Positions 39,510-51,730 of a stretch of 64,000 bases of DNA are shown piece after piece. Position 1 is the first letter of the stretch; every line of letters begins with the position of its first letter. Origin of the DNA: Octopus vulgaris (lineage: Eukaryota); the NCBI GenBank assembly GCA_951406725.2, contig OX597815.1, positions 69,812,001 through 69,876,000 on the forward strand, read 5' to 3'. Made by a program: the position numbers and the translations under genes. The notes under the pieces were generated by a model. It was not told where the DNA came from. It saw only the letters and a program-made list of their open reading frames with translations, and did not search any database.

Positions 39510-39850
39510 TCGAGTAAAGACCCCCTTCGGTCATAAATGACAATGGAGCCGCACCTAGAAAGTCACCCTTCGAAGCACAAGTCCGGAGAAGGTTGCTTAT
39601 GGAAGACCAGCAGTCTCACATGCATACCAGGCTCACCTGTCCACGTCACTAATGTTATCCAAGGGAAAGGTAAAAGCCGATACAGTTTGGTGCCAGTGAC
39701 GTCGCAACTCATTTCTACGGCTGAGTGAAACTGGAGCAACGTGAAATAAAGTGTCATGCTCAAGAACACACCACACAGCCTGGACCGGAAATCGAACTCA
39801 CTACCTCATGATTGTGAACCCGATGCTCTAACCACTGAGCCATGTGCCTT
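39510..39850 (-). mobile_element. tRNA-derived SINE family C
   Basis: A box TGGCTCAGTGG, B box AGTTCGATTTCC, then TTGAGCATGACACTTTATTTCACGTTGCTCCAGT. Confidence 0.8.
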
Positions 39851-41842
39851 TTCGCATTCCACTAACCACCAAAAGGCTCCCTTTCCAGTAGTGTTGTTTA
39901 TCTCCAGGTCAATCCTGGCTGTGCTGGTTTATCATCAAAGGTGTTCCACTCCTGACCATCTCGCCATCTCTTGGACTACATTATTAATTGCTTTGTCCTT
40001 TCCATAACTGTTTTTAATTAAAAGAGATCTAGCAGCTATTTTTATTGGTTAGTATTTGTTTAACCCCAGGTCAGTTCTGATCCAGAAGACTAATGAACAA
40101 AGGTATCTCAGCTGTGACTATTCGACTCTTTCTTTAAGACTGGATAACATAGTTTTTCTGAATGATATACTCTTTCGTTATGTGTGTATTTTTGGAGAGA
40201 AATTTGGCTCCTGTTTCTAACACTTAGTGGTTTAAATCGCGATGGTGGTGATGATGCTGTTGTTGTTGTTGGTGGTGGTGGTGGTGGTTTTAGTGTTGAT
40301 ATTATGTGCTGTTATTGTTGTTGCTGTTGTCGCTGTTGTCTAACCCTAAGTCAGATCAAAGGCGCTTATGTCGAGACAATCCAGCATCTCTTTTTAGACG
40401 CAGTACACCCAAGATCCCATTAGATAATGTTGTTTGTGTGTCCTCTAAAAAAAGCCATAACCAAGTGACTTCTTTGAAGGCTGCTATTGGCTGCTATTCC
40501 TAGAAATCGAAGTGACCAGCCAGAAATGCAGAAATTCCTTCGTTGTTGATGGTTGTTGTTCGTGGCGGGGGCGGTGGTGGTGGTGGTGGCAGTGTTGGTG
40601 GTGCTGGTGGTGCTGGTGCTTAGTGCTGGTGGTACGGGTGGTGGTGGTGGTGCTGCTGCTGGTGGTGGTGCTGGTAGTGCTGGAGGTGGTGGTGGTGGTC
40701 CTCGTCGTCGTCGTGGCGTTGATAAAACTTGCTGTACAGCAGTTGCTGCAGTGGGTGTAACAGGGTATGGTGGGGTGGATATAGTGTGAATGGATGGGGT
40801 GGATAAGAGTGCAAGTGGTGGTGTTGGCGAGGCATGTACGAAGATTGAAAGTAGAGGTGGTGGTGGTGGTGGTGTTGGTGGAGTAAATAAAAGACAGAAG
40901 CAGTCGTTCTCTTTTGCCCTCTCTCTGTCTATGTAACTCTCACTCCCTCTCTTTCCTTCCCTCTCTTTCTCTCCCCACTTCTCTCCATCCCTCTCTCCCC
41001 CTCCCTCACTCTATCATTCCATCTCTTCTGCCTAACTCACCCTTCTGCCTTGAAATGATGACGATGGCGGTGGCAGAGTTGGTGGTGATAGTGGTGGTCG
41101 TGAGGTGTTGGCAGGAGAAGTGGTAGCGGTGGATGTGACGGCGCTGGAGGTGATGGCGGAGGTGTTGGAGACTTAATGGTGTCGAAGAATAGATGCAGTA
41201 ATAGTAGTGCTGCTGCTGTTGCTGTTGTGTTCATGTTGTAATGGTGTAGCTGGTGGCATTGGCAGTGTTGCTGCTGGTTGTGGTCCTGATGTTGGCGGTG
41301 GGGGCGGGGGCGACGGTAGTGGTGGCAGTGGTTCCCGTGGCGGCCGTGGTGGAGGTGGCGGCGGCGGCGATGGAGGTTGTGGTGGGTTATTTATAGTGGT
41401 ATGATGATAATGTCTGCTGTGACGGAGGTGATGGTGACGGCGGTGGGAATGGTTGGGGAGGATGAGGGGGGAATTATATTTGGAGAAAGTTGGTGGAGTC
41501 TAATAACAACTACAACAAAACCCTGACAACACTGCCGTTAGAAAATGGTGCTGCTGTGTGTGTGTGGAGGGGAGGAGGCTCAGTTTGTAGGGGGGAAGGA
41601 AAGTCAATCCTACTTAACGAAATAGATTTGGTCATGACACTTTATTCTCTCTCTCTCTCTCTCTCTCTCCCTCGTTCCATATTCTAGTAATTCTTTTCTT
41701 CTTTCACATTCAATTGCTCATAGCCTGCATCTCTCTCTCTACCTCTATATCTATCTCTATATTTATCTCTCAATCTACCTATCTATATGTCTATCTAACA
41801 ATGTATTTATTTATCTACCTCTATCTGTCTGTTTGTCTTCTG

Positions 41843-41893
<51 letters not shown>

Positions 41894-41971
41894 CTCAATC
41901 AATTTATCTATTTATCTATCTATCTCTAATTCTGTCTATTTCTCTATCTATCGATCTATCTATCTATACTA

Positions 41972-42046
<75 letters not shown>

Positions 42047-42048
<2 letters not shown>

Positions 42049-42250
42049 TCTTATATTTGTTTCAATCATTTGACTGCGTCCATGCTAGAGCAACACCTTT
42101 AGTCGGACAACTCAACCCCAGGACTTATTCTTTGTAAGCCTAGTACTTATTGTATCAGTAACTTTTGCCGAACCGCTAAGTTACGGGGACATAAACACAC
42201 CAACATTGGTTATCAAGCGATGGTGGGCGGACAAACACAGACACACAAAC
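42047..42250 (-). mobile_element. SINE family A, 3' half
   Basis: Homology to 20169-20370. Confidence 0.8.
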
Positions 42251-42307
42251 ATATACGCGCGCGCACACACACACATATACACACATATATAGATATATAC
42301 GATATAC

Positions 42308-42355
<48 letters not shown>

Positions 42356-42792
42356 TATATGTAAAAAATCTTTGAGCGAGGTATAAACAGTAGCTGCACG
42401 ACATCGTGAGGTATATTTGCCACCTAAATGTGGCTAACCCTTAAGGGTCGATGCTACTGTGGCTTGTAGCCCCAGGAAGACATCTCCTCCAGCTGGCTAG
42501 TGACACATTATCTTTGTCCTATCAGTATTTGCAAAGAGATCAGTGACTTTTCGTCACTGGAAAAAGTATATATATATTTGCATTGAGAATCATTTCCCAT
42601 CGCCAACCGATGGTACAGTAGCATCGACCCTTAAGGGTTAGCCACATTTCGGTGGCACCTATCCGTATGTGCATGTCTAACCCATTTTTCCCAACTGCAC
42701 ACCTTTAGTATCACCCACTTTATGTATCTTTCTCTCTCTCTATCCCTCTCTTTCTTTCTCTCTCTCTCTCTCTCTCTCTCTCACTTTCACTT

Positions 42793-43175
42793 TTGCTAAC
42801 CAACCACAGGGTTCCGGGTTCAGTCCCACTGCGTGGCATCTTGGGCAAGTGTCTTCTGCTATAGCTCCGGGCCGACCAATGCCTTGTGAGTGGATTTGGT
42901 AGACGGAAACTGAAAGAAGCCTGTCGTATATATGTATATATATATATATATATGTATGTATGTGTGTGTATGTGTTTGTGTGTCTGTGTTTGTCTCCCTA
43001 ACATTGCTTGACAACTGATGCTGGTGTGTTTACGTCCCCGTCATTTAGCGGTTCGGCAAAAAGGGTCCGATAGAATAAGTACTGGGCTTACAAAGAATAA
43101 GTCCCGGGGTCGATTTGCTCGACTAAAGGCGGTGCTCCAGCATGGCCGCAGTCAAATGACTGAAACAAGTAAAAG
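42793..43175 (+). mobile_element. SINE family A, well-preserved copy
   Basis: Colinear with the reverse complement of 20169-20570. Confidence 0.9.
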
Positions 43176-43979
43176 AGAAAAGATAAAGAGATATGTACTT
43201 ATATATATATACAAACAAACACACGCACACACACACACACATATATAAGAACCAAGGATCGAGGTGTAGGAAGAAAGTTAGCTTCAAACAATCCATAGTA
43301 ATATTAAAAAAATACAACTTTCAGGGACAATAGATCGAATCTTCCATGTGTTAACATGTACCTCCTTGCAACAATGTAAACTTTCATTTAATCAAGATAA
43401 CCTTAGCCTGACGAGTACCCTGCAGTATACACCTCTCTTGGATTTTTGCCACTTCCGAAGTCCCACTTGCTATGAAACATATGTAGCCCGGATCTTATCA
43501 ATTCCATTCCTTAAGTCTAGTATATATATATATATATATATATAACACCACACCACACCACACTACACCATACAACATTACACATCACATCACAACACAC
43601 CACCCACACACCCATCCCCACATTTTCACACCTACACATACATACACGCACACGTCCAGACCACCAGCCCTCTTTCACACGCACATACATACTCTCTTAT
43701 ACACACACGCACCTTCGTGTTGGGTGTCATCTTTACCATGTTATCTCCCCTACTTTCCTTCTCGTGTTTGACCCTTCTGTCCGGCACTAGTCGCCATGAT
43801 AGATCGTTAGTCACTACACACATTTTTTTTCTCGCCTTGTTTTTTCTGTGTCCCTTTCTGTAGAAGAACGTAGGCTCGAAATGTAAAAGACTTTTTCTAT
43901 TCCTGAGCGTTATACTAATGCATCTGTTTGTTTTGTACACCACCTGTCTTCGTATTTTGTTTTTTTTTTCGTAATCTCT

Positions 43980-44055
<76 letters not shown>

Positions 44056-47000
44056 GTAACCAGTTCGAATCATCTCGAGTGTAACTGCCCGAAATGGTCG
44101 TAACTTCTGGAGAGGAAAGAAAGTCACGAATGACCCGTCTTTTTTTTTTTTTTCTGCCTGTCCTTGTAATTGTTGTTTCTCTTGTCCGCCTTTGTGTCAT
44201 CTATCTGTCCGAATGTTTTAACGTCCTCTATTGCGTTTTTGTTCCATTTATATATATATATACACACCAAATGAAACACACCAGGACATCATACGCACAC
44301 AAATCAACCCAACAAAAAGAAAAATAGGAAACATTTGGAATACAAACCTGCACAATAGAAAACTCGCCTTCTGGAACATGATAAAAAATTCCAATCAAGC
44401 AGATATGTACGAGGGATGGATGAACTCAACACCAATTATCCTCCCATGCAAATTCCAGATAAAAATAATACCCAACGAACCTGACGGACAGAGAACTATT
44501 AGGGAAAGGTCAGCTCTATTCAATTTAAAATCAGAAATAGAACTACTAAAACTTAGGGCCTCCACAAATGCGGAAAAATATAAAAGCATCGACGAGGAGG
44601 AGATGCATAATGAAATACAGAAACGAACCGAGGGACAACCCCTCGAAAATACCCTAAATCATTGGAAGGAAATCTGTGAAAAGGAAGAAAGAAATTCTCT
44701 CCTACGCTGGGAAAAAAGCAACGATTTCTTCCAAAGATATGCGTCAATTTTCAAAAATGAATTGGGTACGGATAATCCCTTTCTTAAGAAAATTACAAAA
44801 AATAAAAAAGAAAAACCGAACAACCCACAAACCACCCCCCAACTATCCTCCATACACTAGAAACAGAAATCACCCACAACCAACATTTTCGAACCACGCA
44901 AGACTTAACAGGGAACAAGCTGACAGACAACGCGTCTATGAAATAGATTACACCAAGAACAGAACACACCAACAACATCCTAATACCAGACCCAACCACC
45001 GCATAACAGCACAAAATAACACTAGAATAAGAAATACACCACACACAAGTCGCTACTACCCCATGAACCAAAATTACTGGTCCCCACTGAACACAAGACA
45101 AACGCAAAAAAACACTAAGTCAAGCAACATCCCACATACAAGCAATTCGAAACAAAAATATATCACATACAGAAATTTTACACACACCACAAACGAAAAC
45201 AACCATAGATTCCCACACACACACAACAATCGGAGGCAACAATACCACCGTTCCTCCGAACCAATATCACACAACCTCACAGACAACTCATGCAAACAAA
45301 ATTACACCCAACATTTTTTAGCCCGGGACCAGAGACACCAGGACACAGGCTGGAAACTAGTAATAAGGAAAAACCGAAGATAATCAATCTTTCAACCAAA
45401 CCTCTCTCTAACATAAAAATTGACATCCTCTCAAAAGGGCTCAAATTTACACCAACTCCACGCAGAGCCAACCTAAATGAAATCAAGGATAATATAACAG
45501 AATTCTGCAGAAAATTAAGACTAGCAGAAGCATCAACCAGTTTCAATACTGAAGATGAATCACTAGTCAAGAACAAAAGTGAACACATCTCCTACAGAGG
45601 AAGAAATAAAGATCTTGACGAGTTCTGCAGCCACATTGAGAACTTTCCCTACCATACTATACATAAACAGAAAGTTAGCTCAAATTTTAACACTGCACAA
45701 TGGAAGGAACAGATAGAACTTCAAAATGATGAAGATATAACCATTAAGGAAGCAGACAAAGGAAGTGCAGTTGTAATAATGGATACATCATACTATAGAA
45801 ATCTTGTAATTTCCTTGCTTGATAACAATCAACATATATGAAAAAATCACCAACTACACCCCGCAAAAAATAATGAAAACTCTATCTTCACTAATTAAAA
45901 CCCATGAAAAGGAACTAACAACCAAAGAGATTGATTTTCTAACAAACTTTAAATGCAAGCCTCTTCTATGGTCTGCCAAAAATACATAAAAGCCAAATTA
46001 TAAATGAAACCATTAAAAAATCACCAAAGACATACATACACACACCTAACCCGGGGGACCTAAAACTACGACCCATTGTAGCTGGCCCAACCTGTGAAAC
46101 ACACAGATTAAGTCTATTTATGGACATCCCCCTGAAACCCTTCCTTAAACATATCGATAGTCATATCAGAGATGACTTGGATATGTTAAACCACCTTCCA
46201 AAAAAAGTCAAGGAAGAAACAATCATGGTTTCATTTGATGTAGTTAATTTATATACCAGTATACCTCATAATTATGGACTAGAGGCAATACAGTTCTGGC
46301 TGGACCAATTTCCGGAAGAAATACCAAAAAGGATCAGTAAAGAATTCATTACTAAATCGGTTGAATTCATCCTACATAACCACTTCATGTTTGACAATAC
46401 ATTTTACCGTCAAAATCCGGAATTGCTATGGGTACAAGGGCAGCACCAGTCATTGCGAACCTAACAATGGGCTACCTGGAAATAATTGTTTACCAGGAAT
46501 CTTTATCGACCTTTGGAAACCCCCTCTCTCAATACATAAAAGAGAATTGGAAACGATTCCTGGACGATTGTTTTATACTCTGGAATGAAAACACAGATAA
46601 ACTCCTAAAATTCAAAAACCTATTGAACAGCATCAACCCAAATATACAGTTCACAATGGAATACAACCAAAAGGAGCTTCCATTCTTAGATATACTAATT
46701 TAAAAAAATTAACCTTAAAATAGAAACAGACATTTTTTACAAAGCCACAGACGCTAAACAATACCTACTTTTTTATTCATGCCACCCAAGACACACTAAA
46801 ACAAACATCCCTTACCACCTTGCAAGAAGGATATGCACAATAGTGTCAGAACAAAATACCAGGAACTTTAGACTACAAGAACTCAAAAACACCCTAATTG
46901 ACAGACACTACCCAGCTCAACTCATAGAGGATGGGATCAGACGTGCAACAGAAATCGACATAGAAACTTTGAGAAAAGTTCAATACAACAACACACCTTC

Positions 47001-47945
47001 CCCGAAAATACTGCCTTACATATCCACATACAACACCAGAAACAAAGAAGCCTTCTCCATCATCACCCAGAATTTACCAATACTTCATAAGGACCCCAAA
47101 TTAAAGGAAATTCTAAACATACATAAAATCATTAAAAGCTACAAACAACCTAAATCACTTAAAAAGATTCTCACAAAGGCAAAATTGTTTTCTGAAATTA
47201 CGGATGCAAAAGTAAAAAAATGTGGTAGACCAAACTGCGCAACATGCCCAAACCTTCTAGAAGGATCAGATTCCTCTTCAAAGAGGGACAAAAATTCAAG
47301 ATCAAATCTAATTTTACTTGTGCTTCTGAAAACATAATTTATGTCATAAGATGCTCGGGCTGCCACCAAAACTACGTGGGGTCCACGGGACTATCACTCA
47401 GACGTAGATGCACACTGCATCGACAACAGATTGCATTCCCAGAATACAGAATGATACCCTTTAGTGAGCATATTGAGAAATGCGCAAAGCAACTACTACC
47501 ACAATTTTTAATCTTTCCATTTTATCAATGTGCTATTGGAACACCAACACAAATTAGACTAAACAAGGAAACATTCTTCATTGAAAAATATAAGCATTCT
47601 TATACAGAGAAACTCACCCCATTAAATAAAAGGGACATGACATATAAAGCAATTATCTCCCTTACACCGGAAGAAATCACTTATTACCTCCCCTTACCTG
47701 GAACTCTTCTTTACACTTCATAACGAAGACATAACACGATGTTTTGAGAAATTTGAAAAGTTAACACGAAACCGGTAATTTCTTCAAAAACTATGTCACT
47801 GTATGAAAAAAATTTATAACATTCTTCTGACATAATGACTCAAATATATTTTTTAACCTTTTAAAACAAGCCTTCTGTAGTTTTTTCACTTTTTACTATT
47901 TTCTATATATTCAACCACGTGCTTTCACACACCAACTTTCTCACC
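44056..47945 (+). mobile_element. Penelope-like element (Neptune type): N-terminal ORF, RT, Cys finger, GIY-YIG; frameshifted
   Basis: IINLS..LSKGLKFTPTP, KEADKGSAVV, SFDVVNLYTSIP, MGTRAAP, RFLDDCF, LPFLD, KCGRPNCATC, IIYVIRC..NYVGSTG; flanked by (TA)n. Confidence 0.95.
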
Positions 47946-47969
47946 TATATATATATATATATATATAAG

Positions 47970-49160
47970 AAATTAAAAAAGGAAAATACGCACACTTACA
48001 TAGTTTTAATAAAATTTTTAATATATCGACCGGTTTCCCTATCGCTATTCCTGATATTATGTTTTACTTATTTGAATATGTATTTTTTCTTAAGAAGAAA
48101 TTTTGTCCATGTTGTGTGTGATGAAATTCACGAGTGAATGACTTCACAAGTAGATAAATAATGGGAGGTAATTGGTTATCGTTATTATTGTTATTGTTAT
48201 GGGTAAGGGAGATAACTGTTCAGCTTTCGGTAATGGGAGGGGAATACATATGTACAGACAAAGACAAGTTTTGTGATGTAATCGTGAATTGAAATATGTA
48301 AAAAAGATAAAAGTTGGTTATGCGTGCATATTAAGACGTGTTCTGTATTTTTCAATGAAAAAGTTTCTTTATTTAAACGTTCTTGTGGAGAGATTGTGTC
48401 TTTGCACTGGTGGAAAGGGAAGACTGTGAAATTTGGTTTGATGTTATCTGCATATTTTTCTATATGTTCACTGAGGGGAATTTGCCTGTATTACGGAAAA
48501 AGGATTTGCTCTTTGTGTAGAGTGGTTCTCTTTCTCAAGGTCATACTCGTTTGTCCAATATAGTTGTGTCCGCAACCCGAGCAGGTTATTACATGAATTA
48601 GGTTCTCAGAGGCACAAGTGAAACTAGTTTTAATTGTGAACCTCTGTCCTTGTTTGAAAAGGAAATCCGAGCCTTCAAGTAGGTTGGGGCAGGTTCCACA
48701 GTTTGGGCGTCCACGTTTTTCAACCGTTGGTTTCGTGGTTGTTTTGTAAAGCTTCGCATTTGTTAGTAGTCTCTTTAACGATTTATCTTGTTTTTTGCAT
48801 TTGATGAGTTGTGTGTTTTCAGGAAGTCGTTCATTTTTGGATCTCCGGTTAGTAAAGGAAGAGTTTGCACAATAGTGTTGAATGCCTCACTGTTTCTGGG
48901 GTTGTGTGTTGATATAAATAGTAATGTTTTGAGTTGAGGTGTGGTGTTATGTTTTGTTGTTCTTAGTGTTTTTATGTCCAATTGTTTGGTACGTTTAATT
49001 CCCTCGTCGATAAGTGAGGGTGGATATTGTCTTTCAATAAGCGTTGTTTTGAGGTCTTGAAGACGAAGGTCCCGAGTTGTTCTATCAGACACAATTGTGC
49101 AAATTCTTTTTGCCAAATTGAAAGGTATGTTTATTTTGATGTGTTTTGGGTGGCATGAGT

Positions 49161-49163
<3 letters not shown>
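47970..49163 (-). mobile_element. Penelope-like element 3' fragment (related subfamily), tail-to-tail with the previous element
   Basis: HPKHIKINIPFNLAKRICTIVSD, GRPNCGTCPNL and LIHVITCSGCGHNYIGQT read from the minus strand. Confidence 0.9.
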
Positions 49164-49203
<40 letters not shown>

Positions 49204-49625
49204 CCACTCTAAATCTGTTCTCTAGTTATAACACCAGGCCGAATGCGAGGAAATATTCAAGAGGATTTACAAGTATAGGTATTTTTCGCTTATAAATTGT
49301 CAGTTTATCTTTTAGTAGTGCAAAGAAATCTTCATTATGTATTTAAAAATTAATTTTACCAATATGGTCGTTTTTTATGCGCTAGCCACTGATACAATCG
49401 TGTTAATGATTATATCCTCAATTTATAAATATAAATAATTTTGAGTTCTCTAGTCATTATATCACGTTGCGGGACTGTATTACACCGTATGATTTCTGAC
49501 ATTAACAACATGGCCGAGATGGGCGATTAGATGTAATATATACGCGTGAAATGCATGTATATATTGTACGCAAACTGTTATTGGTATGTGTATGTATTTT
49601 TCGTTTATATATTGTCGGTTTAGCT

Positions 49626-49681
49626 CTACTGAGGAGTGTAAAAGAATCTTCATTACAGAGCACGAAATCTTAAGATATAGG
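49626..49681 (+). ncRNA. Type I hammerhead ribozyme with palindromic stem III (PLE type)
   Basis: CTA-CTGAGGA-GTG...CAC-GAAATCTTAAGAT-A-TAG; ATCTTAAGAT is a perfect palindrome. Confidence 0.7.
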
Positions 49682-49927
49682 ATTATCCGAAATTTGTAAG
49701 TCTTTTAGCTCGTTTCCTCACATTCGGCCTTGGGTTATAAATAGAGAACAAATTTAGAGTGGATTGTAGGTATTTGACACCTACTGCTAGCGTATAAGTG
49801 CCGACATCCCAGTGCCCTTCATTATAATTATATTTTTAAAGTTGTGTACTAAGAAATAAATTTTACCAATATGGTCATTTTTTATACGCTAGCCACTGAT
49901 ATAATCATGTTAATGATTTTATACACA

Positions 49928-50028
<101 letters not shown>

Positions 50029-50072
50029 CATACATACGTACATACATACATACATACAAAAACATACATACA

Positions 50073-50105
<33 letters not shown>

Positions 50106-50152
50106 GTATGTATGTATATATAAACACACATATACATATATACATTAAATAT

Positions 50153-50234
<82 letters not shown>

Positions 50235-50492
50235 AATGTATGTATGTATGTATGCACGTGAATGTCTGCGTGCCTGTGTGTGTTTTTACATTTACGGATA
50301 ATCAGAATTATAAGGTATAACTTTTTTTTCATAAACGAATAATTTTTACGTTGCCCAGAAAAATGAAAAAAAAAATAGAAAAAAGAAAAAGAAATTGCTG
50401 TTACATCACAAGTTCAAGGTCTGCGGTGACAGAAAATGTGAATCTGATGTGACAAGTTTCGAGTCTTATACGTTCATCAGAGAACGATTATT

Positions 50493-50557
<65 letters not shown>

Positions 50558-51031
50558 CTCTCTCTCTCCGAGTAGGTGATCGTTATTTATAGTGTACACA
50601 AACTAGGACCAGCTAAACTAGTCAGTCTAATTTGCATAATAGTGCATGCGAAAGTTTTTGGATAATTTCAATTAATTTTAATTTCAGTTTAGAATATGGA
50701 CTGTTATGGTGAGTTGAAGTTTACATACACTATAAATACCGATATGTTAAATATATGTCTGTGAATATAAGATGGGTATACTTTCTCTTAAAAGGTGAAA
50801 AATAAGCTAGAAACTAACCTGATAGTTCTTGCTTTTTCTATTCACAACTTGTAACGTAACCACTTGATTTACTTTTGGGAACGAGGCTAAAAGTGTATGT
50901 TTATGAAAAAAGTTATACGCAACATTTCAAATTATATTGGCTTGACAACACCACATACATTGTGTGTATGTGTGTTTGTGTGTGCATCTGCATGCGTGTG
51001 TGTGTGTGTGTGTGTTAGCGTGCATATATAT

Positions 51032-51730
51032 ATACTAAGTTTCCAACATTTTTATGAGAGGTAATATTGTATGAGAGGGTGAGTTCATTATGTATTTCAG
51101 TTCCGAAAGTTCTGAAGCACGTGTTATGGTTAAATTACTTGATACAGTTATAATATATAGAGAAAGATTTTTTTCAAAATGTTTGTTTTGGAAATAGTTA
51201 TGATATTTAGAGAAATATTTTTGTCAAAATGATAGGATTAAAAAAAAACTTTTTAGAGATTAGTATTATGGTTAAATTACTTGATACAGTTATAATATTT
51301 AGAGACAGATTTTTTTCAAAATGTTAGGATTAAGAAAACATTTTTTTACAGGGGATAATTAGCGTTTTTTAAGGTAATAATAAAATTAGTCAAATCTATT
51401 TTCATGCAGTCGGAGTACGCTAAGTTTCCAAAGCTCCGACGGCTGACGGCATGAAAATAGATCCGATAAATTTTATTAATATCTGAAAAAATACTAAGTT
51501 TCCAACATTTCTATGGTTGAGAGTTATGAGAGGTAATATTGCATAAGATAGTGAGTTCAATACATATTTCAGTTCCGAACGTTATGAAGCACATGTTATG
51601 GTTAAATTATTTGATACAATTATAATATTTAGAGAAAGATTTTTTCAAAATGTTTATTTGGGAAATTACTTTTAGAAATAGTTAAAATATTTAGAAAAAT
51701 ATTTTTTTCAAAATGTTAGGATTAAGAATG
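51032..51730. repeat. Local diverged direct repeats (about 150 bp) surrounding an inverted repeat
   Basis: ATACTAAGTTTCCAACATTT...TTATGGTTAAATTA..TTCAAAATG at 51032, 51265 (partial) and 51491. Confidence 0.75.

Larger units (their letters stand above)
37240..41470 (+). repeat. G-rich low-complexity domain of (GGT)n/(GGC)n/(GCT)n/(GTT)n interspersed with short repeats
   Basis: Directly visible, with G-rich tracts consistently on the + strand. Confidence 0.85.

Noticed and set aside
39775-39850. tRNA gene
   Set aside because: tRNA-derived SINE head continuing into a SINE body; no complete cloverleaf.
43855-43892. Minimal hammerhead-like TAGAAGA..CTCGAAATGTA
   Set aside because: Core too degenerate in this copy to support a call.
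51032-51730. CRISPR-like array
   Set aside because: Long diverged repeats without regular unique spacers, eukaryotic context, no cas genes.
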